NCBI GenBank assembly: GCA_963806535.1
Contig: CAWDYC010000008.1
Span: 1 to 64,000 of the forward strand
Reading direction: 5' to 3'
Length of the DNA stretch: 64,000 nucleotides
Origin: Candidatus Bathyarchaeota archaeon
GTDB lineage: Archaea; Thermoproteota; Bathyarchaeia; Bathyarchaeales; Bathycorpusculaceae
Shown: piece after piece, positions 10,937 through 21,607 of the stretch
Numbering within the stretch: position 1 is the stretch's first letter
Layout: every line of letters starts with the position of its first letter
The notes under the pieces: model-generated
What the model saw: the letters and a program-made list of their open reading frames with translations, nothing else
Told to the model about the DNA's origin: nothing
Database searches by the model: none
Translations under genes and position numbers: made by a program

Positions 10937-11791
10937 ATGGGTAGTAACAGAAAAAGTTTCGCATTGTTGCTTGTTCTGTTATTCACAATGTCCTTAGTTT
11001 TGCTGCTATCTTTCACTGTAAAAGCACAAACCAGGACACTAGTTGTTCCCGACCAGTATTCAACTATTCAAGACGCTATTAGCAATTCAAACATTGGAGA
11101 TACGGTGTTTGTTAAGCATGGAATATATAACGAAACTTTGGTTATTGATAAGGCAATATCACTCGTTGGAGAGAACGAAAACTCAACAATAATAGATGCT
11201 AAACAAGTTCACTCCCAAGTAATTCTTATTGAAAGCAGCAACGTAATTGTTGCTAACTTTACTTTAGGAAACAGCGGATATACCCCACCAACCAATTCTG
11301 GATGGGAACAGCAGAACGGTGAAGGTGACGGAATAAGAATAATCTCACTTTTTCCCTATTCACAAAATATAACAGTTACTAATAACACAATTGTTAGTTG
11401 CCCATTATGGGGCATTGACATTGGCATATCCTTTTATGACAATGTTTCAAGCAACTTAATTATTGGTACAGGGCTCGGTATTCAGGCCGGATGCTTAAAC
11501 TCAACCATTAAAAATAACATTCTTGCCAATTCAAGTATTGAACTTAAAACAAAGTTTGAAGTGATTGGAGAGCAAACATATGATGTAAATAAGAGCGATA
11601 ATATTCAAGGAAACCAAAACATAACACTTGCAACCATTCCAACCCCCTTTCCGTCAATATCCCCTCGCCCTGCGCCTTCCACAACTTTACTTTTAGTTAC
11701 GGTTAGTACCTTAATAGTAATCGCAGTCTTGTTAGCTGTTAATGTTATTCTGCTTCTTAGAAGGCATCGAAATGCGAAATTAGCTGTTTGA
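10937..11791 (+). CDS. NosD-like beta-helix surface protein with C-terminal TM anchor
   Basis: VVPDQYSTIQDAI...GDTVFVKHGIYNE, Pro/Thr linker, TM helix plus RRHR. Confidence 0.8.
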   Translation: MGSNRKSFALLLVLLFTMSLVLLLSFTVKAQTRTLVVPDQYSTIQDAISNSNIGDTVFVKHGIYNETLVIDKAISLVGENENSTIIDAKQVHSQVILIESSNVIVANFTLGNSGYTPPTNSGWEQQNGEGDGIRIISLFPYSQNITVTNNTIVSCPLWGIDIGISFYDNVSSNLIIGTGLGIQAGCLNSTIKNNILANSSIELKTKFEVIGEQTYDVNKSDNIQGNQNITLATIPTPFPSISPRPAPSTTLLLVTVSTLIVIAVLLAVNVILLLRRHRNAKLAV

Positions 11792-12163
11792 TAAGTCATT
11801 CAGAAAAAATTCGGAGTAGCTTCGAAAAACCAAGCTTGATTAGAAAAGAGGTTTAGTCGAAGTTGCGTGTTGCTTTGCGTTTTTCCACTTCTTCGTAGAA
11901 ATGAAACTCTTAGGTATAATCAAAGTTTATAGCTCAATAATTAAACCTAAACTCAAACGAAAAGTTTGCTAAACTTTAAACAAAAAAAGAAACCCAAAAC
12001 ACAAAAAACCATGAGTGAGCAAAATCATATTGTTTAGAGTAGGATCCCCCCCCTCCGTCTCTGTCTGTCTATCTACCGTCAAAAAAATTGTAGAAAAATG
12101 AAAGAATTGTTACGAAAAAACTTTTGCCTTTTGATTAAAAAAGAAGAGGAAGAAAAAGTCCTC

Positions 12164-14410
12164 TTAAATGAGGTGTAGCAGGTTTATGAACAGCGGGATG
12201 AAGACAATTGATAGTGTGCTTAGCAATTTTATGAGTACGTGTAGGCTTGGTCCTGCTGTGTCTTTTAATGGGTCACCAACTGTATCGCCTACTACTGCTG
12301 CTGCATGTGCAGGTGAGCCTTTGCCACCATATTTACCCGTTTCAATGAATTTCTTTGCGTTATCCCAAGCTCCTCCACCAGTGTTCATGAACAATGCTAA
12401 TGGAACAGCTGATATTGTTGCACCGATCACAAAGGCGCCAACTGCTTCAGCGCCTAAGAGGACACCGACGATAATTGGCACAATCACGAGGATTAGTCCT
12501 GGAAGCACCATGCCTTTTAGCGCGGCTTTTGTGCTGATGTCTACTGCTTTACCGTAATCAGGTTTGCCTGTTCCTTCCATAATGCCCGGGATTTCTCTGA
12601 ATTGGCGTCTGACTTCATCAACCATTTCTGCAGCTGCCTTGCCTACTGCACTGATTGCTTGAGAGGAGAAGAAGAAGGGCAGCATTGCGCCAATGAAACC
12701 AGCGATTAAAACAGCAGGGTTTGAGATGTCTACGGCAAATGTCGCAGTGCTTAGATAACCTGAGTGAGTCGTTGCGTATGTTGAGACTTCTGAAGCATAT
12801 GTTTGGAATAGTAGTTGTGCCGCAAGCAGTGCTGAGCCAAGTGCAAAGCCTTTTGTTAATGCTTTTGTTGTGTTTCCAACGGCATCTAATGCCTCCATGG
12901 TTGATTCTGCACCACCTTCGCCTGACATTTCAGCTATTCCTGCTGCGTTGTCGGCGATTGGTCCAAAGCCGTCTAAGGCCAATACCATGCCCATTACTGC
13001 GAGCATACCCATTGTTGCAAGTGTAGTTCCATAAATTCCACCTATGAAAGGTGTAATATGAGCTGCATGTGTGACATTCCACGAAATGGCGAATTGTGTA
13101 CCGAAGTAGTAGGATGTTATAAGAGCAACAACTAGCGAAACTATGGGTAAGGCCGTTGTTTCGAGTCCTACTGCAAAGCCTGTAATTATGTTAGTTGCGG
13201 CACCTGTCTGGCTTGCTTTTGCTATTCGTCCAACTGGACCTCGGTCACTACCAGTATAGTAATCTGTAATGTAATCGATTGCTACGCTTGCGGCTAAGCC
13301 TGAAAGTAAGCAGAAGTATAGATAGAAGAACGTCATTGAGAAGTCTCCGTTTCCTAATAGGAAAATTGTTGCGAACAGAAACAGAATACCTGAAACTATT
13401 GTGGTTACCATGAGGCCTTTTCTTAATGCTTTCATTGGATGCTTTGCCTCTGCCTCGTTAAGCTTCACGAAAGGCATTCCAATTAAGGTTGCAAAGATTC
13501 CAAGAGCTCGAGCAATAAGCGGGAAAACCAAGAATAACAAGTTTCCAGTGGCGATGCTGATTAAGCCACCGATAATCATTCCGCCGATGTTTTCCCCAGT
13601 GGCAGATTCAAACAAATCTGCGCCTCTTCCAGCGGAGTCACCAACGTTGTCGCCAACGTTATCAGCGATTACTGCGGGGTTGCGTGGGTCATCTTCAGGA
13701 ATCCCTGCTTCAACTTTGCCCACCAAGTCTGCTCCAACGTCTGCAGCTTTAGTATAAATTCCGCCTCCAAGCTGGGCAAACAAAGCGATTAAGGAAGCAC
13801 CAAAACCCATACCTACGATGCCGCTTGCAGCTGACCGGCCTAAAGTTGAGGCGTCAGAAACACTTAGTGTGCCAAACATGGCATTGTAGCCACCATAAAG
13901 CAAGAATAGAAAACTTACACCCAAAAGAGATAAACCAACAACAGCCATACCCATCGTGGCGCCACCATAAAACGCCGTTTTAAGAGCTTTTTCAGCTCCA
14001 TCTTTTGCCGCTGCAACTGTGCGAACGTTCGCTTTGGTCGCGTTATCCATAGCTATGTAGCCAGCAGCCAACGATGCAATTGCACCAACTAAAAAGGCTG
14101 CAGCGGTGCCTATACCGTAGGGTGGCTTATTGAAGGGTCCGCTGGGCAAGGCTACCCAGAGCAGTACAAAGACAACTACTGTGATTATAGCGATTGTCGT
14201 GTACTGCCTCTTCAAAAAGGCATATGCGCCTTCCCGAATGGCATTTCCTACTTCCTGAGCTTTTGGACCACCGGCGCTCATTTTGCCTATATGATGCATA
14301 AGCAAAAGTGAAGCAAGTACGGCGATAACACCAGCTATTGGTGCAATCCAAAATACAAGGGGGGATGGTGATTCAGTTGATGTTGCTAAAGCTTGTAAGG
14401 GTATGAACAT
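12164..14410 (-). CDS. hppA: Membrane-integral H+-translocating pyrophosphatase (K+-independent type)
   Basis: GGGIYTKAADVGADLVGKVE, DNVGDNVGD, GNTTKA and GDTVGDPLKD motifs. Confidence 0.96.
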   Translation of the reverse strand: MFIPLQALATSTESPSPLVFWIAPIAGVIAVLASLLLMHHIGKMSAGGPKAQEVGNAIREGAYAFLKRQYTTIAIITVVVFVLLWVALPSGPFNKPPYGIGTAAAFLVGAIASLAAGYIAMDNATKANVRTVAAAKDGAEKALKTAFYGGATMGMAVVGLSLLGVSFLFLLYGGYNAMFGTLSVSDASTLGRSAASGIVGMGFGASLIALFAQLGGGIYTKAADVGADLVGKVEAGIPEDDPRNPAVIADNVGDNVGDSAGRGADLFESATGENIGGMIIGGLISIATGNLLFLVFPLIARALGIFATLIGMPFVKLNEAEAKHPMKALRKGLMVTTIVSGILFLFATIFLLGNGDFSMTFFYLYFCLLSGLAASVAIDYITDYYTGSDRGPVGRIAKASQTGAATNIITGFAVGLETTALPIVSLVVALITSYYFGTQFAISWNVTHAAHITPFIGGIYGTTLATMGMLAVMGMVLALDGFGPIADNAAGIAEMSGEGGAESTMEALDAVGNTTKALTKGFALGSALLAAQLLFQTYASEVSTYATTHSGYLSTATFAVDISNPAVLIAGFIGAMLPFFFSSQAISAVGKAAAEMVDEVRRQFREIPGIMEGTGKPDYGKAVDISTKAALKGMVLPGLILVIVPIIVGVLLGAEAVGAFVIGATISAVPLALFMNTGGGAWDNAKKFIETGKYGGKGSPAHAAAVVGDTVGDPLKDTAGPSLHVLIKLLSTLSIVFIPLFINLLHLI

Positions 14411-14597
14411 GTTTTTAACACACGTTTTAACAAGCCATGCGCATTTTCTTTATATATTTTTCTAACAGATTTATGTGTTGTAATGTATAAATCTGGATTT
14501 TAAATCAACGAACAAGATTTTAAGCGAGACAAATTTGGTTGCATTTTTAAGGAAGCTGCAAACATATCTCAGTAAGTCTGTCTTTAAAAGGGATTAA

Positions 14598-15728
14598 GTG
14601 ATGCCTTCAAAATTGATAGTTGTCAAAGTTGGCACTAGCGGTATAACAACTGGCGAAGGAAAACTTGACGAAGAAGAAATGCGAAAACTAACCAGTGAAA
14701 TTGCCGCGGTGATAAAGCAAGGCGACAAAGTTGTGCTTGTAACTTCTGGAGCGGTAGCTGCAGGCATAGCTGAACTCGGCATCCCCCTTAAACCTAATGA
14801 TGTGGTCTTTCAACAGGCTGCAGCGGCAACAGGTCAAAGCGTTTTGATGGCAAAATATCGTGAGCTCTTCAAAGAACACGGCTTAAAAGTTGCTCAAATC
14901 CTGCTAACCGCCGAGGACCTATCTAACAGAGCTTCGTATAGGCATACCTGCAACGTGTTAATGATGCTTTTAAAATCAGGCGTTATTCCGATAATTAATG
15001 AAAACGACGTAACTTCAGTAGCTGAACTTAAGCTAACCGAAGGTTACAAAGTCAACTTTAGTGATAACGATATGCTTTCAGTTCTTGTCGCAGGCGCAAT
15101 CGGCGCAGACATGAACATCATCCTTTCAGACGTTGACGGTTTATACACAGCTGACCCCCAACAAGCAGGCGCAAAACTAATCAAAACTGTAGACAACATA
15201 ACTCCAGAGTTAAAAGCCTCTCTTAACGGAAAAAGCAAATTAGGCAGGGGTGGAATCCAAAGCAAAATTAAGGCAGCAGAAATCGCTACATCATGCGGCA
15301 TCACGCTTGTGATTGCAAACAGCAGAAGAGAAAACGTTCTGGCTGATATTCTCTTAGGAAAAGATGTTGGCACATATTTCAAGCCCCAGAACCCCATGCC
15401 GTTTGTAAAACGTTGGATAGCGTACGGAGCTGCAGTTAAAGGTCAAATTCATGTAAACGAAGGCGCAAAGAAAGCCATTCTTGAAGGTTCAAGTTTGTTG
15501 CCTGTTGGGGTAACGCGTGTTGTTGGGAACTTTAACGTTGGCGACGTCGTCAGCTTAGTTGACGAAAACAAAGTTGAATTTGCAAAAGCCAACCCCAACT
15601 ATGCAAGCGGCGAATTAAATCTGATTAAAGGATTACAAGCCATAGATGTTCAAAAGAAACTTGGATCCAATAAACCTAAAGAAGCGGTTGACCATAGAAA
15701 TATTCACTTAATCGGGGAAGAAAAATGA
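14598..15728 (+). CDS. proB: Glutamate 5-kinase with PUA domain
   Basis: VVKVGTS, TSGAVAAG, INEND, SDND and a C-terminal PUA domain. Confidence 0.95.
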   Translation: MMPSKLIVVKVGTSGITTGEGKLDEEEMRKLTSEIAAVIKQGDKVVLVTSGAVAAGIAELGIPLKPNDVVFQQAAAATGQSVLMAKYRELFKEHGLKVAQILLTAEDLSNRASYRHTCNVLMMLLKSGVIPIINENDVTSVAELKLTEGYKVNFSDNDMLSVLVAGAIGADMNIILSDVDGLYTADPQQAGAKLIKTVDNITPELKASLNGKSKLGRGGIQSKIKAAEIATSCGITLVIANSRRENVLADILLGKDVGTYFKPQNPMPFVKRWIAYGAAVKGQIHVNEGAKKAILEGSSLLPVGVTRVVGNFNVGDVVSLVDENKVEFAKANPNYASGELNLIKGLQAIDVQKKLGSNKPKEAVDHRNIHLIGEEK

Positions 15729-16969
15729 TAACTGAAATATGCCAGAGAGCAAAGTCTGCTTCAGTTGAAATGGCGAAGCTTTCAGCGGATGCTAAGAACA
15801 CGGCGCTTTGCAGGATGGCAAATGCCCTTGAAGCGAATGCTGAGAAAATTTTGACTTGCTAACAAGGCAGATGTGGAAGCGGCGAAAGTTAAAGGGCTTA
15901 AAGCGTCGTTGCTGGATCGTTTAGCTTTAGATCGAGAAGAAAATTCAGGGTATGGCTAAGGATATGCGGGAAGTCTCAGCCTTAGCTGACCCCATCGGTA
16001 CAATTCTTAGCACTTGGACAAGACCCAACGGCTTGATAATCAGCCAAGTCCGTGTACCGTTAGGTGTTGTAGGTGTAATTTACGAGTCACGACCTAACGT
16101 AACTTCAGATTCTGCAAGCATCTGCATCAAATCGGGCAATGCTGTTATTCTTAGGGGTGGCTCTGACGCTTTACAGTCAAACGTAGCCATTGGCGATGTC
16201 CTACGTGACGCTTTATCGGCGACAGCAGTGCCTGTTGACGCTGTTCAAGTGGTGAATTCGCCTGACCGCAAAGTTGCAGAAGAAATGATGCGTATGCGTC
16301 AATACATTGACGTGCTTATTCCTCGTGGAGGCGCCGACTTAATCAAAACGGTGGTTGAGACTTCGCGAATTCCAGTTATTGAAACGGGAACAGGTAACTG
16401 CCACATCTACGTTGAAGAAGACGCAGATTTGGAAAAAGCAACTCCGATTGTGATTAATTCTAAATGTCAAAGACCTGGAACTTGCAACGCTGCAGAAAAA
16501 CTTTTGGTTCACAGCAAAATCGCCAAACGTTACCTACCAATTGTCATTGCAGCTCTACGAAAAGAAGGCGTTGAAGTTAGAGGTGACGAAGAAACCCGAA
16601 AAATCGTTTCAGAATGTGAAACTTGCAACAGAGCAAGACTGGTACACTGAATACTTAGACTTAATTATGGGCGTCAAAGTCGTAAAAAACGTTGAAGAAG
16701 CTATAGCACACATCAACAAATACGGCACGAAACATTCAGACTCTATCCTTACAGCAGATTTCGACAAAGCAATGAAATTCATAAAAGAAATGGATTCAGC
16801 TGCAGTCTACTGGAATGCTTCAACACGATTCACAGACGGAAACCAATTCGGCTTAGGCGCAGAAATCGGCATCAGCACCCAAAAACTCCATGCAAGAGGA
16901 CCCATGAGCGTACAGCATCTAACAACAACAAAATATGTTGTTTTAGGCAGCGGACAAATACGAAAATAA
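15725..16969 (+). CDS. proA: Gamma-glutamyl phosphate reductase (several frameshifts)
   Basis: [31 protein letters not shown] and [12 protein letters not shown] motifs; the start overlaps the proB stop. Confidence 0.93.
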
Positions 16970-17247
16970 AGGAGCTAAACCTGGATGAGTGGAGAAACCT
17001 GTTACTGACTTCTACTTCAATATGCATTTTTGCGTTTTGAAAAGCGATAAACCAAGTCAGGTTTAAATACAAAATTTTCTTAGTTTCCGTGACATCCAGA
17101 TTAGAAAACTGTTTTCAAGCGATTAATTGTTTAGAAATAAAATTAAATAAGTGGCTTTTTAAGAGTTGAGTTTTAACTTATTATTTCAAACAATTTTTTA
17201 TATCGTCACTCCAAAGTGAAGCGTAATCAAGTTTAGGAGAAATTAAT

Positions 17248-17902
17248 TTGGGTAACCGATTCATCAATCATGGAAAAATAAAGAGCAAGAAGAACCATCA
17301 TTAACATCAAAAATTAAAAGCATCGGCAAACCAGCCGAAAACGTAAAAGACCAAATCAACATGGTTATTCAACGTATAGACACTCCAAAATAGATCATTA
17401 GAAGCCGCAATACAACGTTTTCAAAACCGAGATGCCGCCATCTTCCAATCTGTGGTAAACGCAATGGCAAACAGAGACACAGGCACGGGCAAACATATAT
17501 GCCAACGAGCTGGGAGAAATACGCAAAGTAGAAAAAATGCTGATTCAAGAATCCCTTGCTTTGGAAAGCGTGTCTATGCGTCTTAGAACTGTTTCGGAAG
17601 TAGGCGATCTAGTTACGATTTTAGGTCCAGCAGCAACCGTGTTAAATACTGTTCGTTCTGGAATGTCTGGTGTTTTACCACAAGCAAGTCAGGAACTTGA
17701 AAGCCTCGGAAGCTTACTAGGGGACATTTGTACTCAAACAAGCCAATCTTCAGAGTCGCCAGTAAATATTGGAGCAGCAAACGAGGATGCATTAGCAATC
17801 TTGCAGGAGGCAGAGGTAGCCGCAGAGCAGAGGATCAGAGACCAATTTCCTGAAGTGAGTACGGGAGTTGCAGTGAATAAAAGAACAAGCTTAGAAGCTT
17901 GA
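17248..17902 (+). CDS. Snf7/ESCRT-III (CdvB-like) protein, frameshifted in the 5' half
   Basis: ANIYANELGEIRKVEKML...LALESVSMRLRTVSEVGD...EDALAILQEA coiled-coil signature of archaeal CdvB paralogs. Confidence 0.8.
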
Positions 17903-17950
17903 TTTCTTTTTCCCAATCATATTTTTTCTTTGTTTTTAGAAATAGAAAAA

Positions 17951-18494
17951 GTGAAGTACTCGCCTCTTCCGAGGCGAGCATCCACATCTAATTTTTGTTG
18001 ATATATTCTTCTATTTTCGCACTAGTAACAACGCCTGCAGTCCTTACAGCATAACCCTCAGACCACAAATGCCCACCCCAAAGCTGCAACCTAATTTCAG
18101 GAAACTCCTCAAACAGCAGTTTAGAAGAATTACACTTCAAAACACGCACCATCTCAGGTATACAAAGCTTTGGACGAGCAGAAACAAACACATGAATATG
18201 ATCGCCATGATGAACTTTAGCAGCTAGCAGTTGAAAGCCGTGATTAGTAGCAATCGTTTTAAGTACTTCCTCCAATCTAACCTCAACTGAGCCCAAAAGT
18301 ACCTTGCGCCGGTATTTAGTGGCCCAGATAAGGTGGTAGTTGGCTTGGTAGGCACATGATCTTGCTTTCTCCAGGTCTCTCACCTCCTTATCTAATGGTG
18401 ACAGACCTATCGTTTGGTAGAACTAATAGAACTGCGGGTTAGACGCATTCATCCTGCCGCTAACGCGGCAGGTATTCTGCTAGGTTTTTTATAA
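17951..18494. mobile_element. Minimal IS200/IS605-family element (tnpA only)
   Basis: Terminal hairpins CTCGCCTC-ttcc-GAGGCGAG (17959-17978) and CCTGCCGC-taac-GCGGCAGG (18453-18472) flank tnpA. Exact ends are approximate. Confidence 0.85.
17988..18383 (-). CDS. tnpA: IS200/IS605 Y1 transposase
   Basis: YHLIWATKYRR, HUH motif DHIH, LWSEGY and catalytic Y in EYI. Confidence 0.95.
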   Translation of the reverse strand: MRDLEKARSCAYQANYHLIWATKYRRKVLLGSVEVRLEEVLKTIATNHGFQLLAAKVHHGDHIHVFVSARPKLCIPEMVRVLKCNSSKLLFEEFPEIRLQLWGGHLWSEGYAVRTAGVVTSAKIEEYINKN

Positions 18495-18541
18495 AGGCAT
18501 GCCCTCGAGCGTTTCTTTGCTTGCTTGGTTAAGTTGTTTTC

Positions 18542-20059
18542 TTAGATTGCTGGCAGGGATGGAATGATTGTTTGCAGTTGTCCTACGACGGGGTGGATTA
18601 GGTTCAGCACGATGTTTGGGAATAAGCCTAAGACTATCAGTGTGAAAGCCAAGACAAAGACGGGTATCAGGATGCGTTTTGATTCCTTTATTGCGGTTTC
18701 GTCTTTGGCTTTTTTGCCGTACATGACATAGATTAATCTGAATATGTATGCGGTTTGCAAGACGCTTGTCAAAACTCCGATTACAGCTAGCCAACTTAGG
18801 TTCGCTTCGATTGCAGCTGTGAAGACTAAGTATTTACCTATGAATCCGCCGAATGGTGGAACCCCAGCAAAGGATAATCCAGCCATTACTAGAGCTAGGC
18901 AAACCAGCGGCATTTTCTTTCCTAAACCTGCGAAGTCATCCATGCTTTTGAAGCCATGGCTGTTTAGAATGGCGACGGCCATGAAAGCGAGTCCTGTGGT
19001 TATGCCGCCGATTAAGAAGAAGTAAAGATTGCCAAGTAGACCTAGTGAAGTTACACTTGATATTGCGACAAGGTTGTAGCCGACATCGGCAACACAGATG
19101 TACGCCACCAAACGCTTTACATCATTTTGTATAAGCGCGAATAAGTTGCCGATAACCATTGATACCGCTGCTAAAGCCGCTAGCATCAAAGTCCAATCTA
19201 AAACTGCACCGGTACCTTTGGGGACTATGATATAGAGTAATATTCTGATCAGGATGTAGTAGCTGCCTTGGTCTACGAGGGCTGAGAGGAAAGCTGCTGA
19301 TGGTCCTGGGGCTGCGGTATACGCGTCAGGTAGCCAGAAGTGGAAGGGCACGATTGCAGCTTCAATTGCGTAGCCTGCTGCTATGAATATGAATGCTATG
19401 ATTAGCACGTTATTGCTGCTTAGTGTTGGTAAAATTTTACCGAGTGATAAGTAATTTAGTGTTCCTGTTAAGCCGAAAACAAGTGAGTAACCAAAAAGTA
19501 TGAAGGCTGAGGCAATTATAACCATGATGAGATATTTTAGCGTTGCATTTAATGAGAACGCATTTTTCTTATACAACATCAGGAAGGCTGCTCCCGCTGT
19601 TGCAGCTTCCCAGAATATAAAGAATGTTAGCAGGTCACCTGCAAGAACTGCCCCTAATATGGCGGCTGTGGTCATTAGCATTATTGCGAAGTAACGCTCT
19701 GAAGGTCGTTCATTTGAGCCTACTGCAAACACGGTGTAGATTACGATTACAGCGGCGATTGCAACTATTATTATTGACATGTAAATAGAGATAGCATCTA
19801 CAAGAAAGGCGCTTGAAAATGGCGTTGAGTTTAAGCCTAAATTAAGAATCGGCGGTGACGAACCTCCACTATATAGGTTAGAGCTAAGTGCCAAATTGGC
19901 TACAGCCGCGCTTGCAATGGCGAATACCGCGATGAACCAACCAAGAGTTAAGGCAGTTTTGTTGGTGCTTTTTCTTATTAATCTGAAAACAGGGATAGTG
20001 AGTAATGCTGCGATTACTAGAGTTATTATCGGTAATATGACGTCTATAATTGCAACCAT
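18542..20059 (-). CDS. NuoN-like antiporter subunit
   Basis: Proton-antiporter domain: FFIFWE, KY, VPFHFWLPDAY, KRLVAY, GVPPFGGFIGK. Confidence 0.88.
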   Translation of the reverse strand: MVAIIDVILPIITLVIAALLTIPVFRLIRKSTNKTALTLGWFIAVFAIASAAVANLALSSNLYSGGSSPPILNLGLNSTPFSSAFLVDAISIYMSIIIVAIAAVIVIYTVFAVGSNERPSERYFAIMLMTTAAILGAVLAGDLLTFFIFWEAATAGAAFLMLYKKNAFSLNATLKYLIMVIIASAFILFGYSLVFGLTGTLNYLSLGKILPTLSSNNVLIIAFIFIAAGYAIEAAIVPFHFWLPDAYTAAPGPSAAFLSALVDQGSYYILIRILLYIIVPKGTGAVLDWTLMLAALAAVSMVIGNLFALIQNDVKRLVAYICVADVGYNLVAISSVTSLGLLGNLYFFLIGGITTGLAFMAVAILNSHGFKSMDDFAGLGKKMPLVCLALVMAGLSFAGVPPFGGFIGKYLVFTAAIEANLSWLAVIGVLTSVLQTAYIFRLIYVMYGKKAKDETAIKESKRILIPVFVLAFTLIVLGLFPNIVLNLIHPVVGQLQTIIPSLPAI

Positions 20060-21603
20060 TAGACAGCGCCTCCGAATGTCACTGTTTGAATTAGGTGAAG
20101 GAAGAACGTTGGGTAAATACCCACAAGAACAACCAACACTACCAAGATAGCTAAGGACAGTTTCATCCAGTTAGATACATCAACGATTTTATGCGGTACT
20201 TCGCCCTCAGCAATTTCTTCAGCTGCAGGTTGTCCAAGATAAACTTTTGACGTGAATCTCAGCATATAGGCGAGCGAAATCACTGTAGCTATGAGCATAA
20301 GGGCTGTCGGTATAATGTAGAAGTTGTCGAGTTTTATTACTTGGAAAGCCCCAACGAATATTAGGAATTCACTAATGAAGCAAGCGAATGGCGGTGCCCC
20401 CGCAATGCTTAGAGCCGCAATTGTTGATGATACAGCTGTAAACGGCATCTTACTCGCTAATCCACCCATTTTGCGGATGTCTCTTTTTTCTGTTTGATGC
20501 ATTACTCCTCCTGCGGTAAGAAAGAGAAGCCCTTTGCTTACAGCATGACTCACAATATGTAGTACCGTTCCAGTTATTGCAAGAGTTATTGCTGCTGATC
20601 CTGCTAAGACACTAACAGGGAAAAGAGATAGCCCGAACATTATGTAACCCATGTGAGCAATGCTTGAGTATGCAATAAGCCGTTTGATGTCGGTTGAAAC
20701 CAACGCGATTAGGGACCCAAAGAAGGCAGAGAGTACACCAACTATTGCTAAGGCGTAAAGGAAGTCTGTTCCAAATGTTATGCCGACCGCTGGGAAAACC
20801 ATGCCGAGTGAGAGGCGTAGAATTGCGTAAGCTCCTGCGCTAATTATGACACCACTAAGTAAAGCTGACATTGGTGCTGGAGCTTCGGAGTGAGCATCAG
20901 GAAGCCATATGTGAACGGGTATGACAGCCATTTTAACGGCGAATCCAGCAGTTAACGCAATAAGAGTCCACTTTACAATATCCGAACCTGCCATCCCCAT
21001 CAAAGCTTTTTGGGCTAAAAACATGTCAGTTTGTCCGCCTGTCGCAACGTAGACTGCTCCGATACCTAACAACACGAAAACTGCACCTGCATGTGTCCAT
21101 ATGAAAAGTTTGAAAGCTTGCTTGTACGAGTCTCTATATCCCCACTCGCCAACTATAAAGTAAGCTGGGACAAGCATAAGTTCCCAGCAGAAATAGAATA
21201 AAATCAGGTTAGATGTTAGGAAAACACCTACCATCCCAACGGAAAGCATAGCTAACAATGCATAGTAAGCGGCTAGATGTTTTTTGCCAGCCATGTAAGT
21301 TATGGAGAAAAGCGATGCAACTAGAATTAAAACAAGGCTGATTATGGCTATGGAAACACTAATGCCATCCGTGAAAAGTGTAAATGACGTATTTATGACG
21401 CTGATCCATGAATAGCGTTCAACCCATTGGTGGCTTGCACTGTTGAGGACTGTTGGAACAGTAGTTAAAACCAAAATGATGTTAACTAAGGCAATTAATG
21501 CGACAAATATTGCGGCTGCTTTTGGCGATTTCTTTCCTGTTAAGTAAACAAACGGGATGCTTATGGTTGGAATAGCAAATACTGCTAGAAGAGCTGGAAA
21601 CAT
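20059..21603 (-). CDS. NuoM-like antiporter subunit
   Basis: LFYFCWELMLVP, AVKM..PVHIWLPDAHSEAP, KRLIAYSSIAHMG, FISEF. Confidence 0.9.
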   Translation of the reverse strand: MFPALLAVFAIPTISIPFVYLTGKKSPKAAAIFVALIALVNIILVLTTVPTVLNSASHQWVERYSWISVINTSFTLFTDGISVSIAIISLVLILVASLFSITYMAGKKHLAAYYALLAMLSVGMVGVFLTSNLILFYFCWELMLVPAYFIVGEWGYRDSYKQAFKLFIWTHAGAVFVLLGIGAVYVATGGQTDMFLAQKALMGMAGSDIVKWTLIALTAGFAVKMAVIPVHIWLPDAHSEAPAPMSALLSGVIISAGAYAILRLSLGMVFPAVGITFGTDFLYALAIVGVLSAFFGSLIALVSTDIKRLIAYSSIAHMGYIMFGLSLFPVSVLAGSAAITLAITGTVLHIVSHAVSKGLLFLTAGGVMHQTEKRDIRKMGGLASKMPFTAVSSTIAALSIAGAPPFACFISEFLIFVGAFQVIKLDNFYIIPTALMLIATVISLAYMLRFTSKVYLGQPAAEEIAEGEVPHKIVDVSNWMKLSLAILVVLVVLVGIYPTFFLHLIQTVTFGGAV

Positions 21604-21607
21604 TTTG

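Noticed and set aside
12041-12080. C-run plus (TCTG)n tract as origin or repeat element
   Set aside because: It is a single short low-complexity tract, with no ORB-like repeats or cdc6 nearby.
15725-17902. Programmed frameshifting or pseudogenes in proA and the cdvB-like gene
   Set aside because: Multiple indels per gene with otherwise intact motifs fit sequencing error.
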